From contig JAHIVH010000129.1 of NCBI GenBank assembly GCA_018816735.1, positions 138,628-202,627 on the forward strand: a stretch of DNA of 64,000 nucleotides, in the 5' to 3' direction. The notes below the pieces were generated by a model, which saw only the letters and a list, made by a program, of their open reading frames with translations, had not been told where the DNA came from and did no database searches. Shown one piece after another: positions 1 to 9,473 of the stretch (the first letter of the stretch is position 1; each line of letters begins with the position of its first letter). Source of the stretch: Pseudomonadota bacterium (lineage in GTDB: Bacteria; Desulfobacterota; Desulfobacteria; Desulfobacterales; JAHIVH01). Made by a program: the position numbers and the translations under genes.

Positions 1-1610
1 TTGCACTGATCGATTACAATGTCACCTGGAAATCCGTTGAATCCGAAGCTATCATGAGAGTATCCCGGTTCACTTCAAACACCTGGCGGGCCATATCCTT
101 TTTTCTGGATAAACAGAAATCCGCGCTTGTATTTGCCGCACACGATAACACATACGAGGAACTTTCAAATCCCGAGCGTCTCTCAGAACTGCTTGAAAAT
201 TTGAGAAAAGGATTCGGAGATTATACGGATATCGGTGTCATTGATTCCACAGGTCGCCAGATTGCCTATGTGGGACCCTATCGTCTTGAAGGGAGGAGTT
301 ATGCAGATCAATCCTGGTTCCATGAGGTAACTGATAAGGGTGCTTATATCAGCGATGTGATTTTGGGGTATCGGAACGTGCCGCATCTTATGATTGCCAT
401 CAGGCACAGATCAGAGGACGGGTCTTTCTTTGTGTTACGGGCTACCCTCGAGCATCAGTTCAGCAATCTGCTTTCATCCATGGAAGCCGATATCAGGAAA
501 GATGTTTTTCTCATCAATAAAAAGGGGGTCGTGCAGACCCCTACCCGGTTTTTCGGAAATGTTTTTGAAACCATGCGAATGCCCGTTCCTCCCTATTGCG
601 AAAAAACAAGCGTGGTTAACTTCGATAATGTCAATGGCGAGCCCATGATAATCGGTTACCGTTACATTCCGGATATCCCTTTTATTCTGATCGTGGCTAT
701 GCCCAAAACAAAATTGATGGAGCCGTGGTATACTCCCCGCATGAATTTGATCGGATACCTGCTTGCAAGCATTACGATGATACTTTTATGGATTATCGGT
801 GTGACGTCCTATATGGTGAAAAAATTGAAAGTGACGGATAAACGGCGCATCCGTAATTTCCATATGGCGGAATATTCCAATAAATTGGCTTCAATCGGCC
901 GTCTTGCCGCAGGCGTTGCCCATGAGATCAATAATCCGCTGGCCGTCATTAATGAAAAGGCCGGTCTTGTCAAGGACATGTTTGAATTCAAGAACGAGTA
1001 TAAGGCTGACCCCAAACTGATCAAATCCATTGACAGTATTATTTCCTCGGTGGATCGCTGCAGCAGGATCACAAGAAGGCTTCTGGGATTTGCAAGGCAT
1101 CTGGATGTGAGCATCCAGATAGTCAATTTAAAGGAGCTTATCACCGAAGTCATGGGATTCCTGGAAAAGGAAGCCTTATATCGATCGATCGATGTTATGA
1201 TTGATATCCCGGATAATATTCCTCCGATAGAAAGTGACCGGGGCAAACTTCAGCAGATTTTCCTGAATATTCTGAATAATGCGTTTGCGGCCCTGAAGAA
1301 TGGCGGCAAACTCCGGATCAGTATAGTACTGAAACCCAATCGAGGCATCTCCATTGACCTGGAAGATAATGGTTGTGGCATCTCGCCTGATAATCTCAAG
1401 CGTATTTTCGAACCTTTTTTCTCCACAAAAACAAAGAGTGGCGGCACGGGCCTGGGCCTTGCGATTACTTATGGCCTGGTGCAGGAGATCGGAGGCACAA
1501 TTGAGGTCAGAAGTGAAATTGGCAAAGGCACATGTTTTACCATTGTATTGCCATTCAGGATTAAACCGGAAAAAAAGGCCGCGATCGAAAATAATGGCAG
1601 CAAGCCATAA
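1..1610 (+). CDS. Sensor histidine kinase (Cache-like sensor + HisKA + HATPase_c), probably truncated at the 5' end by the window edge
   Basis: The frame is open from nt 3 up to the first ATG at 54. The only TM-like segment (LIGYLLASITMILLWIIGV) follows a long extracytoplasmic-looking region, so TM1 and the true start probably lie upstream. H-box is AAGVAHEINNPL. ATPase boxes are NILNNAFAA, DNGCGI and GGTGLGLAI. Confidence 0.85.
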   Translation, partial: ALIDYNVTWKSVESEAIMRVSRFTSNTWRAISFFLDKQKSALVFAAHDNTYEELSNPERLSELLENLRKGFGDYTDIGVIDSTGRQIAYVGPYRLEGRSYADQSWFHEVTDKGAYISDVILGYRNVPHLMIAIRHRSEDGSFFVLRATLEHQFSNLLSSMEADIRKDVFLINKKGVVQTPTRFFGNVFETMRMPVPPYCEKTSVVNFDNVNGEPMIIGYRYIPDIPFILIVAMPKTKLMEPWYTPRMNLIGYLLASITMILLWIIGVTSYMVKKLKVTDKRRIRNFHMAEYSNKLASIGRLAAGVAHEINNPLAVINEKAGLVKDMFEFKNEYKADPKLIKSIDSIISSVDRCSRITRRLLGFARHLDVSIQIVNLKELITEVMGFLEKEALYRSIDVMIDIPDNIPPIESDRGKLQQIFLNILNNAFAALKNGGKLRISIVLKPNRGISIDLEDNGCGISPDNLKRIFEPFFSTKTKSGGTGLGLAITYGLVQEIGGTIEVRSEIGKGTCFTIVLPFRIKPEKKAAIENNGSKP

Positions 1611-1846
1611 AACGATGTTTTTAAAATCAATCGTCTGATATCGTCAGTCGTCATCTGCGAAAATCTGCACGCTGCGTATAGGTTAAATGAAAAATCAGGG
1701 TTTTCAAATTATTGATTTGCATTGCGAACGACTTTTGTGATACGCAACAAGGATACGGGAAATAACATAACATCTTACCTTAAGAATCGTCAGATGGTTA
1801 GGATATACCTGAGTCGGGGCTCCTTCCTTTAGCCAGGAGAGAGTCA

Positions 1847-3376
1847 TTGTCTGTTAATTTATTTTTTTGTGATGGGTTTATGAAACGAATACTTCTGGTT
1901 TATGCAGTTAATCATACCATTCAGAACCCTTTAGGTGGGGTTGCCCCCCCTTCGGGCCTGTCATGGATACAGAAATCCCTTTATGTAAAGGGGTTTGACT
2001 ATCGCACCTGTGACCTTTCCCTTGCCAGGGAAAAGGAAGATATTGAAGCGTTTATCAAACAAGCGGTCAATACATATCAACCAGATGCTGTGGGCATTTC
2101 CATTAGAAATATTGATACTTCCGTGAATCCGCCACGAACCTTTTTCCCATTTTTAAAGGACGTCGCACTTGCGATCCGTCGTGAAACAGATGTCCCCATG
2201 ATTCTGGGCGGTCCTGGATTTTCTCTGTATTCCAAAAAATGCATGGAGATTATGGCGGCGGATTATGGCATCGTGGGAGAAGGAGAAGCGTCGTTTCCTG
2301 AATTGTTGAATGCTATTTTTTCCGGTAATGAATTGAGTCCATCTGTCGCCGGTCTGATTTCAAAAAGAAACGGGGCGTTTCAGGAGATTCCCAGGGAAAT
2401 TTTTTTGGATTACACAACATTTGGGAAAGCCCGGCATGAGGGCATTGATTATGAATCTTATGAAAAAATCGGAGGCTATTATCCCATTCAGACAAAAAGA
2501 GGGTGCGCGTTTAATTGCATATATTGCGATTACCCCTATCTTGAGGGCCGGCAGTATCGCATGAGACAACCATCGGTGATTGTGGACGAGATCGAAGAAC
2601 TGACAGGAACCTATGCGTTGAATCATTTTTTCTTTACGGACAGTGTGTTTAATTTCCCATCAGAATTTTGTAAAAGCATTCTTGACGAAATTATAAAAAG
2701 AAAGTTGGCAATCAAGTGGACAGCATATGTGAACCCCAGAGATTTGACATTGGGTCTTGTTGAACGGTTCAAACAATCCGGATGTACACGCGTTGAGGTT
2801 ACCATAGACACACTGACACGCCCAACCCTTATATCCTATCAGAAAAATTTCAGCCAGGAAGAAATTATCAATGCCGATGCCTGCTTCAGGCAGTTTGATA
2901 TTCCCACCTATTACTGGATCAATCTCGGCGGGCCAGGTGAAACACAAGAAACCTTTGGGAGGAATCTGGCCCATCTTGGACGGCTGACCCACGTGACAAA
3001 GGGATGGATCGGTGTGGGGTTTGTTGTCCTTCCGGGCAGCCCCCTTTATGATCTGGCCGTTCAGGAAGGCCGTATTGAGCGAAATGGCATAAGAGAACCG
3101 TATTTATATATAAGCAAAAATCTGCCTGAAGACTATGCGGAACAGATTCAGATGTTTGCCATAGACCACCCGGAATGGTTTTCCGTTTATGATATGCTGG
3201 ACACCGATTACCGGCAGATGGCCATGAAAATCATCAATGAAAAAATCAGGGATCACTGGCCCATGCAGGCAGGCTATGGCGAAAAAAGGCGACAAAAATA
3301 CAGGCAGGGCGATCTGAAAATCATGTCTCACCAAGTGTATCTGGAAAAATTGCAGAAGAAACAAAGGAAAAAGTAG
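1847..3376 (+). CDS. B12-binding-domain radical SAM protein
   Basis: Radical-SAM cluster motif CAFNCIYCDYPY (CxxxCxxC), preceded by an N-terminal Rossmann-like region (ILLVYAV..., ILGGPGFS) typical of class B radical SAM enzymes. TTG at 1847 lies 6 nt after AGGAGA. An alternative in-frame ATG is at 1880. Confidence 0.8.
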   Translation: MSVNLFFCDGFMKRILLVYAVNHTIQNPLGGVAPPSGLSWIQKSLYVKGFDYRTCDLSLAREKEDIEAFIKQAVNTYQPDAVGISIRNIDTSVNPPRTFFPFLKDVALAIRRETDVPMILGGPGFSLYSKKCMEIMAADYGIVGEGEASFPELLNAIFSGNELSPSVAGLISKRNGAFQEIPREIFLDYTTFGKARHEGIDYESYEKIGGYYPIQTKRGCAFNCIYCDYPYLEGRQYRMRQPSVIVDEIEELTGTYALNHFFFTDSVFNFPSEFCKSILDEIIKRKLAIKWTAYVNPRDLTLGLVERFKQSGCTRVEVTIDTLTRPTLISYQKNFSQEEIINADACFRQFDIPTYYWINLGGPGETQETFGRNLAHLGRLTHVTKGWIGVGFVVLPGSPLYDLAVQEGRIERNGIREPYLYISKNLPEDYAEQIQMFAIDHPEWFSVYDMLDTDYRQMAMKIINEKIRDHWPMQAGYGEKRRQKYRQGDLKIMSHQVYLEKLQKKQRKK

Positions 3377-3381
3377 AGGGA

Positions 3382-4257
3382 TCAGTTTATTTCAAAATCG
3401 ATCACCTGGTTTCTGCCCCTTCGTTTCAGTTCGACAGAAAGTGAGCTCGATGAGTTCAACTGGTTATAGAATCCCATGGCATCATCTATGCTGCTGATTT
3501 TCCGGCCATCGATCCCGGTGATGATATCGCCATTTCTCAGGCCGAATCTTCTGAAAATGGAATTCCGGTTGATTCTGGAAACCTTGATTCCTTCTGCATG
3601 GGGATAAAAACGGACCTGTTTCATGAGGGTGTTCAGATCACCCATGGCGTTTTCTATTTCGGTTCGTTTGATCGTTCTTTTGGATCGAACAGGTGGTCGC
3701 GTTGACCGGTTTCTGCTATAGCGATTGTATGGACGTCTTCTGCTGTCGCTTTTGAATTCTTCCAGTTCAAGAATTTCATTTTCCCCTTCAAACTTCAGTA
3801 TGATTTTTTCATCGAGAATCTGAACGATCGTTGCTCCCTGAACCTGATCCCCTGTGGAATAAAGCATCTGGGTATTTCGGCTTTTGGGACCTTTTGTTTC
3901 TTCGATCACGGCAAATGGTTTCCGGGTGTTGCCGGTCACCGTCCCCCATAATTTTAAGTCAAGTTCAGTCAGCTCAAGCGATTCATCAACGATTTTTTTT
4001 TCCTTTTTTTCAGATGGCCCATCTGTTTTAAAAAGATCCCGCTTGATGATGGACTTGTAGTATGAAAACGGATGGAGTGTTTTTTTGCTTTTCGGGAGAA
4101 AGGCACTTTGCTCTGAACGGGTGGATGCCCCCGATATATTTGCTGATTCGATAAATGTATCGAACTTTGCATCGGCAATATTGTAAATCATGTCCACAAA
4201 TATATAGGACAAAAGCGTTATTAACAGCGTATTTATAATGATAAAGTTGGTCTTCAT
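3382..4257 (-). CDS. GspC-like membrane protein with a C-terminal PDZ domain (orphan; no other T2SS genes nearby)
   Basis: N-terminal TM helix (FIIINTLLITLLSYIFV). C-terminal PDZ-like segment (GIKVSRINRNSIFRRFGLRNGDIITGIDGRKISSIDDA). Size and layout resemble type II secretion protein C. Confidence 0.55.
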   Translation of the reverse strand: MKTNFIIINTLLITLLSYIFVDMIYNIADAKFDTFIESANISGASTRSEQSAFLPKSKKTLHPFSYYKSIIKRDLFKTDGPSEKKEKKIVDESLELTELDLKLWGTVTGNTRKPFAVIEETKGPKSRNTQMLYSTGDQVQGATIVQILDEKIILKFEGENEILELEEFKSDSRRRPYNRYSRNRSTRPPVRSKRTIKRTEIENAMGDLNTLMKQVRFYPHAEGIKVSRINRNSIFRRFGLRNGDIITGIDGRKISSIDDAMGFYNQLNSSSSLSVELKRRGRNQVIDFEIN

Positions 4258-4414
4258 TGATGCTTTTTCCCCTTAAATGGATATCACGGTCATCACCCTC
4301 TGAAGTGCAAATGTATCAGAGCCGGGTTAGGTTATGCATAGGGTGGATTATGTATAACGCATGTAAAAGGAGTGTATTTGCCATGCATTTGGCTGGCTTG
4401 AATTATTTTTTTGC

Positions 4415-4428
4415 ACTGACCGGTCAGT
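4415..4428. promoter_or_regulatory. Perfect 14-bp palindrome ACTGACCGGTCAGT, a candidate operator
   Basis: Read directly from the sequence. It lies 5 nt upstream of a -35-like TTGACT. A 12/14 match with similar flanks occurs at 14715-14728. Confidence 0.5.
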
Positions 4429-4433
4429 TTTTA

Positions 4434-4462
4434 TTGACTTTGTTTTTTTTCCTTTTTATAGT
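4434..4462 (+). promoter_or_regulatory. Sigma-70-type promoter candidate (TTGACT-17 nt-TATAGT)
   Basis: -35 at 4434-4439 and -10 at 4457-4462, with a counted 17-nt spacer. It sits about 55 nt upstream of the 4515 start codon. Confidence 0.5.
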
Positions 4463-4514
4463 TACGGTCATAAATGCCAAATCATGCAGACTGCATTGAC
4501 ACGGAGGAAACAAT

Positions 4515-5987
4515 ATGAACACAACCGGATATGCCATCAACACATACCCTGATACGAAAAAGATATATGACCAATTACATGCGCTGATTCGTCAGCCCAT
4601 GCGCACGTTGAAACCGTCTGCCATGGAACGGTATCTGTCGTATTTCAAGGCGCGTTGCCCGAAATCGAAACAAATGATCGATTCGGCCAGAAACGTCATT
4701 CCCGGAGGGGTTCAACACAATCTGGCATTTAACTATCCCCACCCGCTTGCCTTTGAACAAGCAAAAGGCGCTTATCTTTACGATATTGACGGCAATCGCT
4801 ACATTGATTTTCTGCAGGCCGGAGGCCCTACGGTTCTGGGGAGCAATCCTGACGCGGTGAGGGAAAAAATAATTCATCTTCTTGAGACCTGCGGCCCTGT
4901 GACCGGGCTTTTTCATGAGTATGAACTGAAACTGGCGAAATTCATTTGTGACCATTTTTCTTCAGTGGACCGGTTTCGAATGTTGGGGAGCGGCACGGAA
5001 AGCTGCATGGCTGCCATTCGTGTGGCCAGGCTTGCCACAGGTAAAAAATATATCATCAAAATGGGAGGGGCATACCACGGCTGGAGTGATCAGCTTTCTT
5101 ACGGCATGAGGATTCCGGGCACTGGATCTCTGGAATCCCATGGCATTCCAAAATCGTGTTTCAGATATACCCAGGAGGTCTATCCGAATGATATTGAGGC
5201 CCTCGAGAAAAAACTTTCCATGAACCGGTATCGTGGCGGAACGGCAGCGGTTATTCTGGAACCGGTGGGACCGGAGAGCGGCACCAGGCCGGTTGATTAC
5301 AATTACAATCAAAAGGCCCGTGAACTCTGTGACCGGTTTGGCGCGTTGCTGATTTTTGATGAAGTGGTCACGGCCTTCAGAGTAGGCATTGACGGTGCGC
5401 AAGGGTATTTCAAGGTGAAACCGGATTTGACGGTTTTCGGAAAAGTAGTGGCAGGCGGGTATCCTTCAGCAGGCGGACTTGGCGGTAAGGAGGAATACAT
5501 GGCCTTCCTTGCAGCAGGCGTTGGCGGGAAGAAATCCAAACAGGCCCACGTGGGCGGGACACTTGCCGCAAACCCGTTAAGTGCTGCAGCCGGATATTAT
5601 ACCTTGGTGGAAATAGAGAAAACAAACGCCTGCGAGAAGGCAGGGCGGGCCGGAGATCGTCTGACAAAAGGTCTTCAGGCAATTATGGGAAAATACGGGC
5701 TTCCGTTTGTGGTTTACAATCAGGGGTCAATTTGCCATCTGGAGACAGTGGGCACCATGCTGTTTGATATCAATCTGTTCAAACCCTGGCAGATTCCATC
5801 CCGTCTCAAGGAGATTCACGCCAGGAAGGATGTGATGACCCATATGGGTGCGGCTTACATGGCAGAAGGTATTGTCACCCTGGCCGGTAGCAGGCTGTAT
5901 ACCTCTTCTGCAGATACCGACGATATTATCGATGATGCGCTTTCGCGATTTGACCGGATTTTTTCTGAGATTGAGGGAGTGAATTGA
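4515..5987 (+). CDS. Class III PLP aminotransferase / glutamate-1-semialdehyde aminomutase-like enzyme with a ~60-aa N-terminal extension
   Basis: GSAM-like motifs: GSGTESCMAAIRVAR, LIFDEVVTAFR, and the PLP-lysine context DLTVFGKVVAGGYP. At 490 aa it is longer than typical HemL, so it is not called hemL. Confidence 0.85.
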   Translation: MNTTGYAINTYPDTKKIYDQLHALIRQPMRTLKPSAMERYLSYFKARCPKSKQMIDSARNVIPGGVQHNLAFNYPHPLAFEQAKGAYLYDIDGNRYIDFLQAGGPTVLGSNPDAVREKIIHLLETCGPVTGLFHEYELKLAKFICDHFSSVDRFRMLGSGTESCMAAIRVARLATGKKYIIKMGGAYHGWSDQLSYGMRIPGTGSLESHGIPKSCFRYTQEVYPNDIEALEKKLSMNRYRGGTAAVILEPVGPESGTRPVDYNYNQKARELCDRFGALLIFDEVVTAFRVGIDGAQGYFKVKPDLTVFGKVVAGGYPSAGGLGGKEEYMAFLAAGVGGKKSKQAHVGGTLAANPLSAAAGYYTLVEIEKTNACEKAGRAGDRLTKGLQAIMGKYGLPFVVYNQGSICHLETVGTMLFDINLFKPWQIPSRLKEIHARKDVMTHMGAAYMAEGIVTLAGSRLYTSSADTDDIIDDALSRFDRIFSEIEGVN

Positions 5988-6658
5988 TGGACCCGGTTGA
6001 AAACATCCGCATAACGGGTCTTTCAAACGCCCAAACAATCGTCTGGGACGCGGGGCTGCGACTTCATCGGGAAGGACTTGTGGCAAGAACCTGGGGGAAT
6101 ATCAGTTTCCGGGTGAATGAAAATCTGTTTGTCATCACCCCAAGCGGTATCGCCTATGAGCACTTGACACCCGAGAGAATTGTCCCTGTAAACTTAAGGG
6201 ATTTAACTTATCATGGCAAACTGAAACCCTCTTCGGAAAAAGGAATGCATGCGGCTATTTATCGGGATCGGCCTGAGATTAAGGCGATTATCCACACCCA
6301 TCAGCAGGCTGCTTCAAGTGTGTCAGCAGCCCGTATGGATATTGAAAATATACAGGGAGAAGATAGAATGATTTTGGGGCCGGTTGTAAAAACAACACCG
6401 TATGCACTTCCCGGAACAAAAAAGCTTGCCAAATCAGCGTTCATGGCCATCCGGGGAAGCAATGCCACCCTTCTTTCAAACCATGGGGCGATATGTATCG
6501 GAAAGAATATGGCGGAGGCGTTTCACGTGTGCATATCTCTTGAATCACTTTGCGAGCGTTTTGTGGCGGAAAAGGTCATGGCAGCCGCAGGCGTAAAAGA
6601 ATACGCGCCTGGCATGATCCATCGATTTTATCTTGAACACCATGCCCGAGGCCGATAA
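5987..6658 (+). CDS. Class II (metal-dependent) aldolase/adducin-family protein, fuculose-phosphate-aldolase-like
   Basis: Catalytic/zinc motifs are present: KPSSEKGMH, IIHTHQQAAS (HxH) and LLSNHGAICIG. The ATG at 5987 overlaps the upstream TGA (TGATG). Confidence 0.85.
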   Translation: MDPVENIRITGLSNAQTIVWDAGLRLHREGLVARTWGNISFRVNENLFVITPSGIAYEHLTPERIVPVNLRDLTYHGKLKPSSEKGMHAAIYRDRPEIKAIIHTHQQAASSVSAARMDIENIQGEDRMILGPVVKTTPYALPGTKKLAKSAFMAIRGSNATLLSNHGAICIGKNMAEAFHVCISLESLCERFVAEKVMAAAGVKEYAPGMIHRFYLEHHARGR

Positions 6659-7294
6659 ATGGAAAAAAGAGATATCAGAAAGGAAGTCGCCGACAATTAT
6701 GAAGTGCTTCTTTCAGCAGGTGTCATCAGAAAAGATGGCGGAAGTTTCAGCATGCAGTTTGAAGGGGAGCTGTATTTCCCGGATGGACAGACCGGCCCCT
6801 CTGATTTATATGGCAAAAGAATTGACGAAAAACTACCTGAACAGACACCAGCCTGGTGCAGGCTTCATCAATACTTGTACAGGCAACGGAAAGATATCCG
6901 TGTCCTTCTCACTTCACGGCTGTCTTACACCATGACTGCTGCCTGCGCCGGGCATGAAGTGCCGCCGCTTCTCGATGATTTCGCTCAGCTTGTGGGGGTG
7001 ACCGCCCGGGTTGTTTATGTGGAACCAACGGACCCGGTGTTTTTTAGAAAGATCCTGAAAGGGATGCGGAGACGAAATGCCGTATTGATTCCGCAGATGG
7101 GGGGGCTTTGTGCAGCCGCTTCCTTTGAAGATACGCTTGCCGTGTCCCAGGTGTTGGAAAAGGGATGCCGGGCCTATATCGACACGGCATTTTTGGGTGG
7201 CGGTTTTCGGATCAGCTGGATCGAATCCTGGCTCATGCGGCTTGTGTTCAAGTTTAAATATTCAAATTTGAAAAATAAGTTATCAGGCAGTTAA
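6659..7294 (+). CDS. Class II aldolase-like paralog lacking the metal-binding histidines (probable non-catalytic partner)
   Basis: It aligns by eye to the preceding aldolase. The HxH position reads LLTSRLSY, and the NHG position reads IPQMGGLC. Its start directly abuts the upstream stop. Confidence 0.6.
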   Translation: MEKRDIRKEVADNYEVLLSAGVIRKDGGSFSMQFEGELYFPDGQTGPSDLYGKRIDEKLPEQTPAWCRLHQYLYRQRKDIRVLLTSRLSYTMTAACAGHEVPPLLDDFAQLVGVTARVVYVEPTDPVFFRKILKGMRRRNAVLIPQMGGLCAAASFEDTLAVSQVLEKGCRAYIDTAFLGGGFRISWIESWLMRLVFKFKYSNLKNKLSGS

Positions 7295-7375
7295 AGTCGG
7301 TGAAAAATGGTGAAACCAAACTTGTTTAGAATTACTGTCTAAAGGTATTGAGAAGCAGGTTTCTTTGGGTGCCTT

Positions 7376-8329
7376 TTACTGCATGAAAAATGCGGTCATA
7401 TACTTAAAAGCCGTAAACAGGATGATTCCGGTGAGCATCCATTTGATCCCTTTTGCAGGGACGAATTTTTGGCACCGCGCGCCAAGATACATGCCAGCCA
7501 TGCCGCCTACGCCGAAAAGCGCTCCAAGTATCCAATCGGGTGCTACAGAAATATTGGGATAAAGGTGGGCGATAGCCTGATAGAAAATCACACCGGCGAC
7601 AGACGTGACAAATGTACCCATAAGCGCGGCCCCTGCAACAGTGTAGACGGGCAACTTGAAAAAGGTGACAAAAAAAGGTGCGATGATAGAGCCTCCCCCA
7701 ATGCCATAAATACCACCGATAATGCCCACGACGAAGCTTAGCGCGAAAACACTCCAGAAAGGTACATCAAACTGTTCATCATAAAATGTATATCCCAAAC
7801 GTCTCAGATTGAAATGTGTCACCCTGACCACCGGTAAAATATTTTTACCAGGCTTTTCTGAACCTGAGGAACTTGAACGGGTAAGACGGACCATTTCCTG
7901 AAAACGTTTTTCACTGTTCGTATTGCCCGTGTTTTTTTTCATCAAGTCCCGGATGAGTTTAATACCAATATACAGAAGAACAGACGCAGCGAAAAGTTTG
8001 AAATGTCTGGGGTTGGGAAGATATAACACGCGGATGAATGCACCAATAAGAACCCCAGGAAGGGTGCCTATGATCACAATCCATGTTAATGGCCATATCA
8101 TTCGTCCTTCTTTGAAATAGCGATAGACACCCGCAGGAATCGCAACGATATTAAAAAGTTGGTTGGTGGCACTTACCGAAGGATGTGTATACCCTAGAAA
8201 GGATATTTGAAAGGGTAGCAGTAGAAACGCCCCGGACACGCCGCCCATGGAGGTGAAAAAGGAGATGCCAAAAGCGATCAATGGTGGCAACCAGGGCTCG
8301 ATTTCAATACCCGCTGTATGAAACAACAT
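7376..8329 (-). CDS. TauE/SafE-family anion (sulfite/sulfonate-type) exporter
   Basis: Polytopic membrane protein with two Gly-rich repeat halves (GGVSGAFLLLPF and GGIYGIGGGSIIAPF) separated by a hydrophilic loop. Confidence 0.8.
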   Translation of the reverse strand: MLFHTAGIEIEPWLPPLIAFGISFFTSMGGVSGAFLLLPFQISFLGYTHPSVSATNQLFNIVAIPAGVYRYFKEGRMIWPLTWIVIIGTLPGVLIGAFIRVLYLPNPRHFKLFAASVLLYIGIKLIRDLMKKNTGNTNSEKRFQEMVRLTRSSSSGSEKPGKNILPVVRVTHFNLRRLGYTFYDEQFDVPFWSVFALSFVVGIIGGIYGIGGGSIIAPFFVTFFKLPVYTVAGAALMGTFVTSVAGVIFYQAIAHLYPNISVAPDWILGALFGVGGMAGMYLGARCQKFVPAKGIKWMLTGIILFTAFKYMTAFFMQ

Positions 8330-8384
8330 GGGAACCTCCGTTCAAAAATAGATTATCAGCATCACTTTTTTGATTGTATATAGG

Positions 8385-9473
8385 CTACGAAATAAAGACA
8401 ATTTGTTTTTCCGGTATTGCGAGTTTAATTTTTTTCCCCTGAAACAGATTATATTTCTTTTCAAGATATTTTGGCATCTTTATTTCAAAATCATATTCCA
8501 TAGGGCTGCCCGCTAATTTGGCATATATCATGAAATTCTCCGGAAGACGCAAAATGGACACAATCTCAACGTGGAAAAGATTATTTTTTAATGATCCCTT
8601 TAAAGGGAACCCATCCTTGATGATTTTAATATCTTGCGGCTTGATACATATTTTTACCGTTTGCCCTGATGGTATTTTCTTTGGGATCACCATACTGAAA
8701 TGGCCAAAATCAAGATTCATTGTTTCGTTGCAGGCCCCCACGATTCCAGAAAAAATATTGCGATAGGTCAAATACCGGGCGACTCCTTCACTCGCGGGCT
8801 GTTCAAATATAATTTGTTTTAAATCACTTTGATGCAGTTTGCCATTTAACAGAACCGATATTCTATCACCCATGCTGTATGCTTCTTCAAGATTGTGGGT
8901 AATATGAAAAGCAGTTATGCCTACCTCATTGATGATTGTTTTTAATTCGATCCAAAGGGTTCGTTTGGCTCCTTCGTCAATGGAGGAAAAGGGTTCATCG
9001 AGCAGTACGATATCCGGTTGTATGGCTAAAGCCCTGGCAAGAGCCACTTTCTGCTTTTCTCCACCTGACAGGTGGTGAACATTCCTCTTTCGGAGTTTTT
9101 GGATATCAAGGATGGAACAAAGTCTATCAACAATACGGTCCGGGTCTTTGACCTTATTATTTTTTCCGTGAAAACCGAACCGGATGTTCCCCTCTACATT
9201 TAAATGGGGGAAAAGGGAATAATTCTGTGGAACATAGCCCATACACCTACGTTCGGGAACTTCCTTTGTAATATCCTTATCCTTTAAGAAAATCGTTCCG
9301 GTGTTGACACTGTGAAAACCCAAGATACATTTCATTAAGGATGTTTTGCCACTCCCCGTGGGGCCAAGCAGGATATGGTACTCCCCCTTTTCACAAGAGA
9401 GGTTAATGTTTTGCAATGAAAATTTGCCCAACGACAGATTCAACGACTCAATTTTTAAATAGGAGGTTTTCAC
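8385..9473 (-). CDS. ABC transporter ATP-binding protein, molybdate/tungstate type, with a C-terminal TOBE-like extension
   Basis: Walker A GPTGSGKTS, signature LSGGEKQKVALARAL, Walker B IVLLDEPFSSID. A ~120-aa C-terminal extension is present. It overlaps the permease gene by 4 nt. Confidence 0.85.
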   Translation of the reverse strand: MKTSYLKIESLNLSLGKFSLQNINLSCEKGEYHILLGPTGSGKTSLMKCILGFHSVNTGTIFLKDKDITKEVPERRCMGYVPQNYSLFPHLNVEGNIRFGFHGKNNKVKDPDRIVDRLCSILDIQKLRKRNVHHLSGGEKQKVALARALAIQPDIVLLDEPFSSIDEGAKRTLWIELKTIINEVGITAFHITHNLEEAYSMGDRISVLLNGKLHQSDLKQIIFEQPASEGVARYLTYRNIFSGIVGACNETMNLDFGHFSMVIPKKIPSGQTVKICIKPQDIKIIKDGFPLKGSLKNNLFHVEIVSILRLPENFMIYAKLAGSPMEYDFEIKMPKYLEKKYNLFQGKKIKLAIPEKQIVFIS

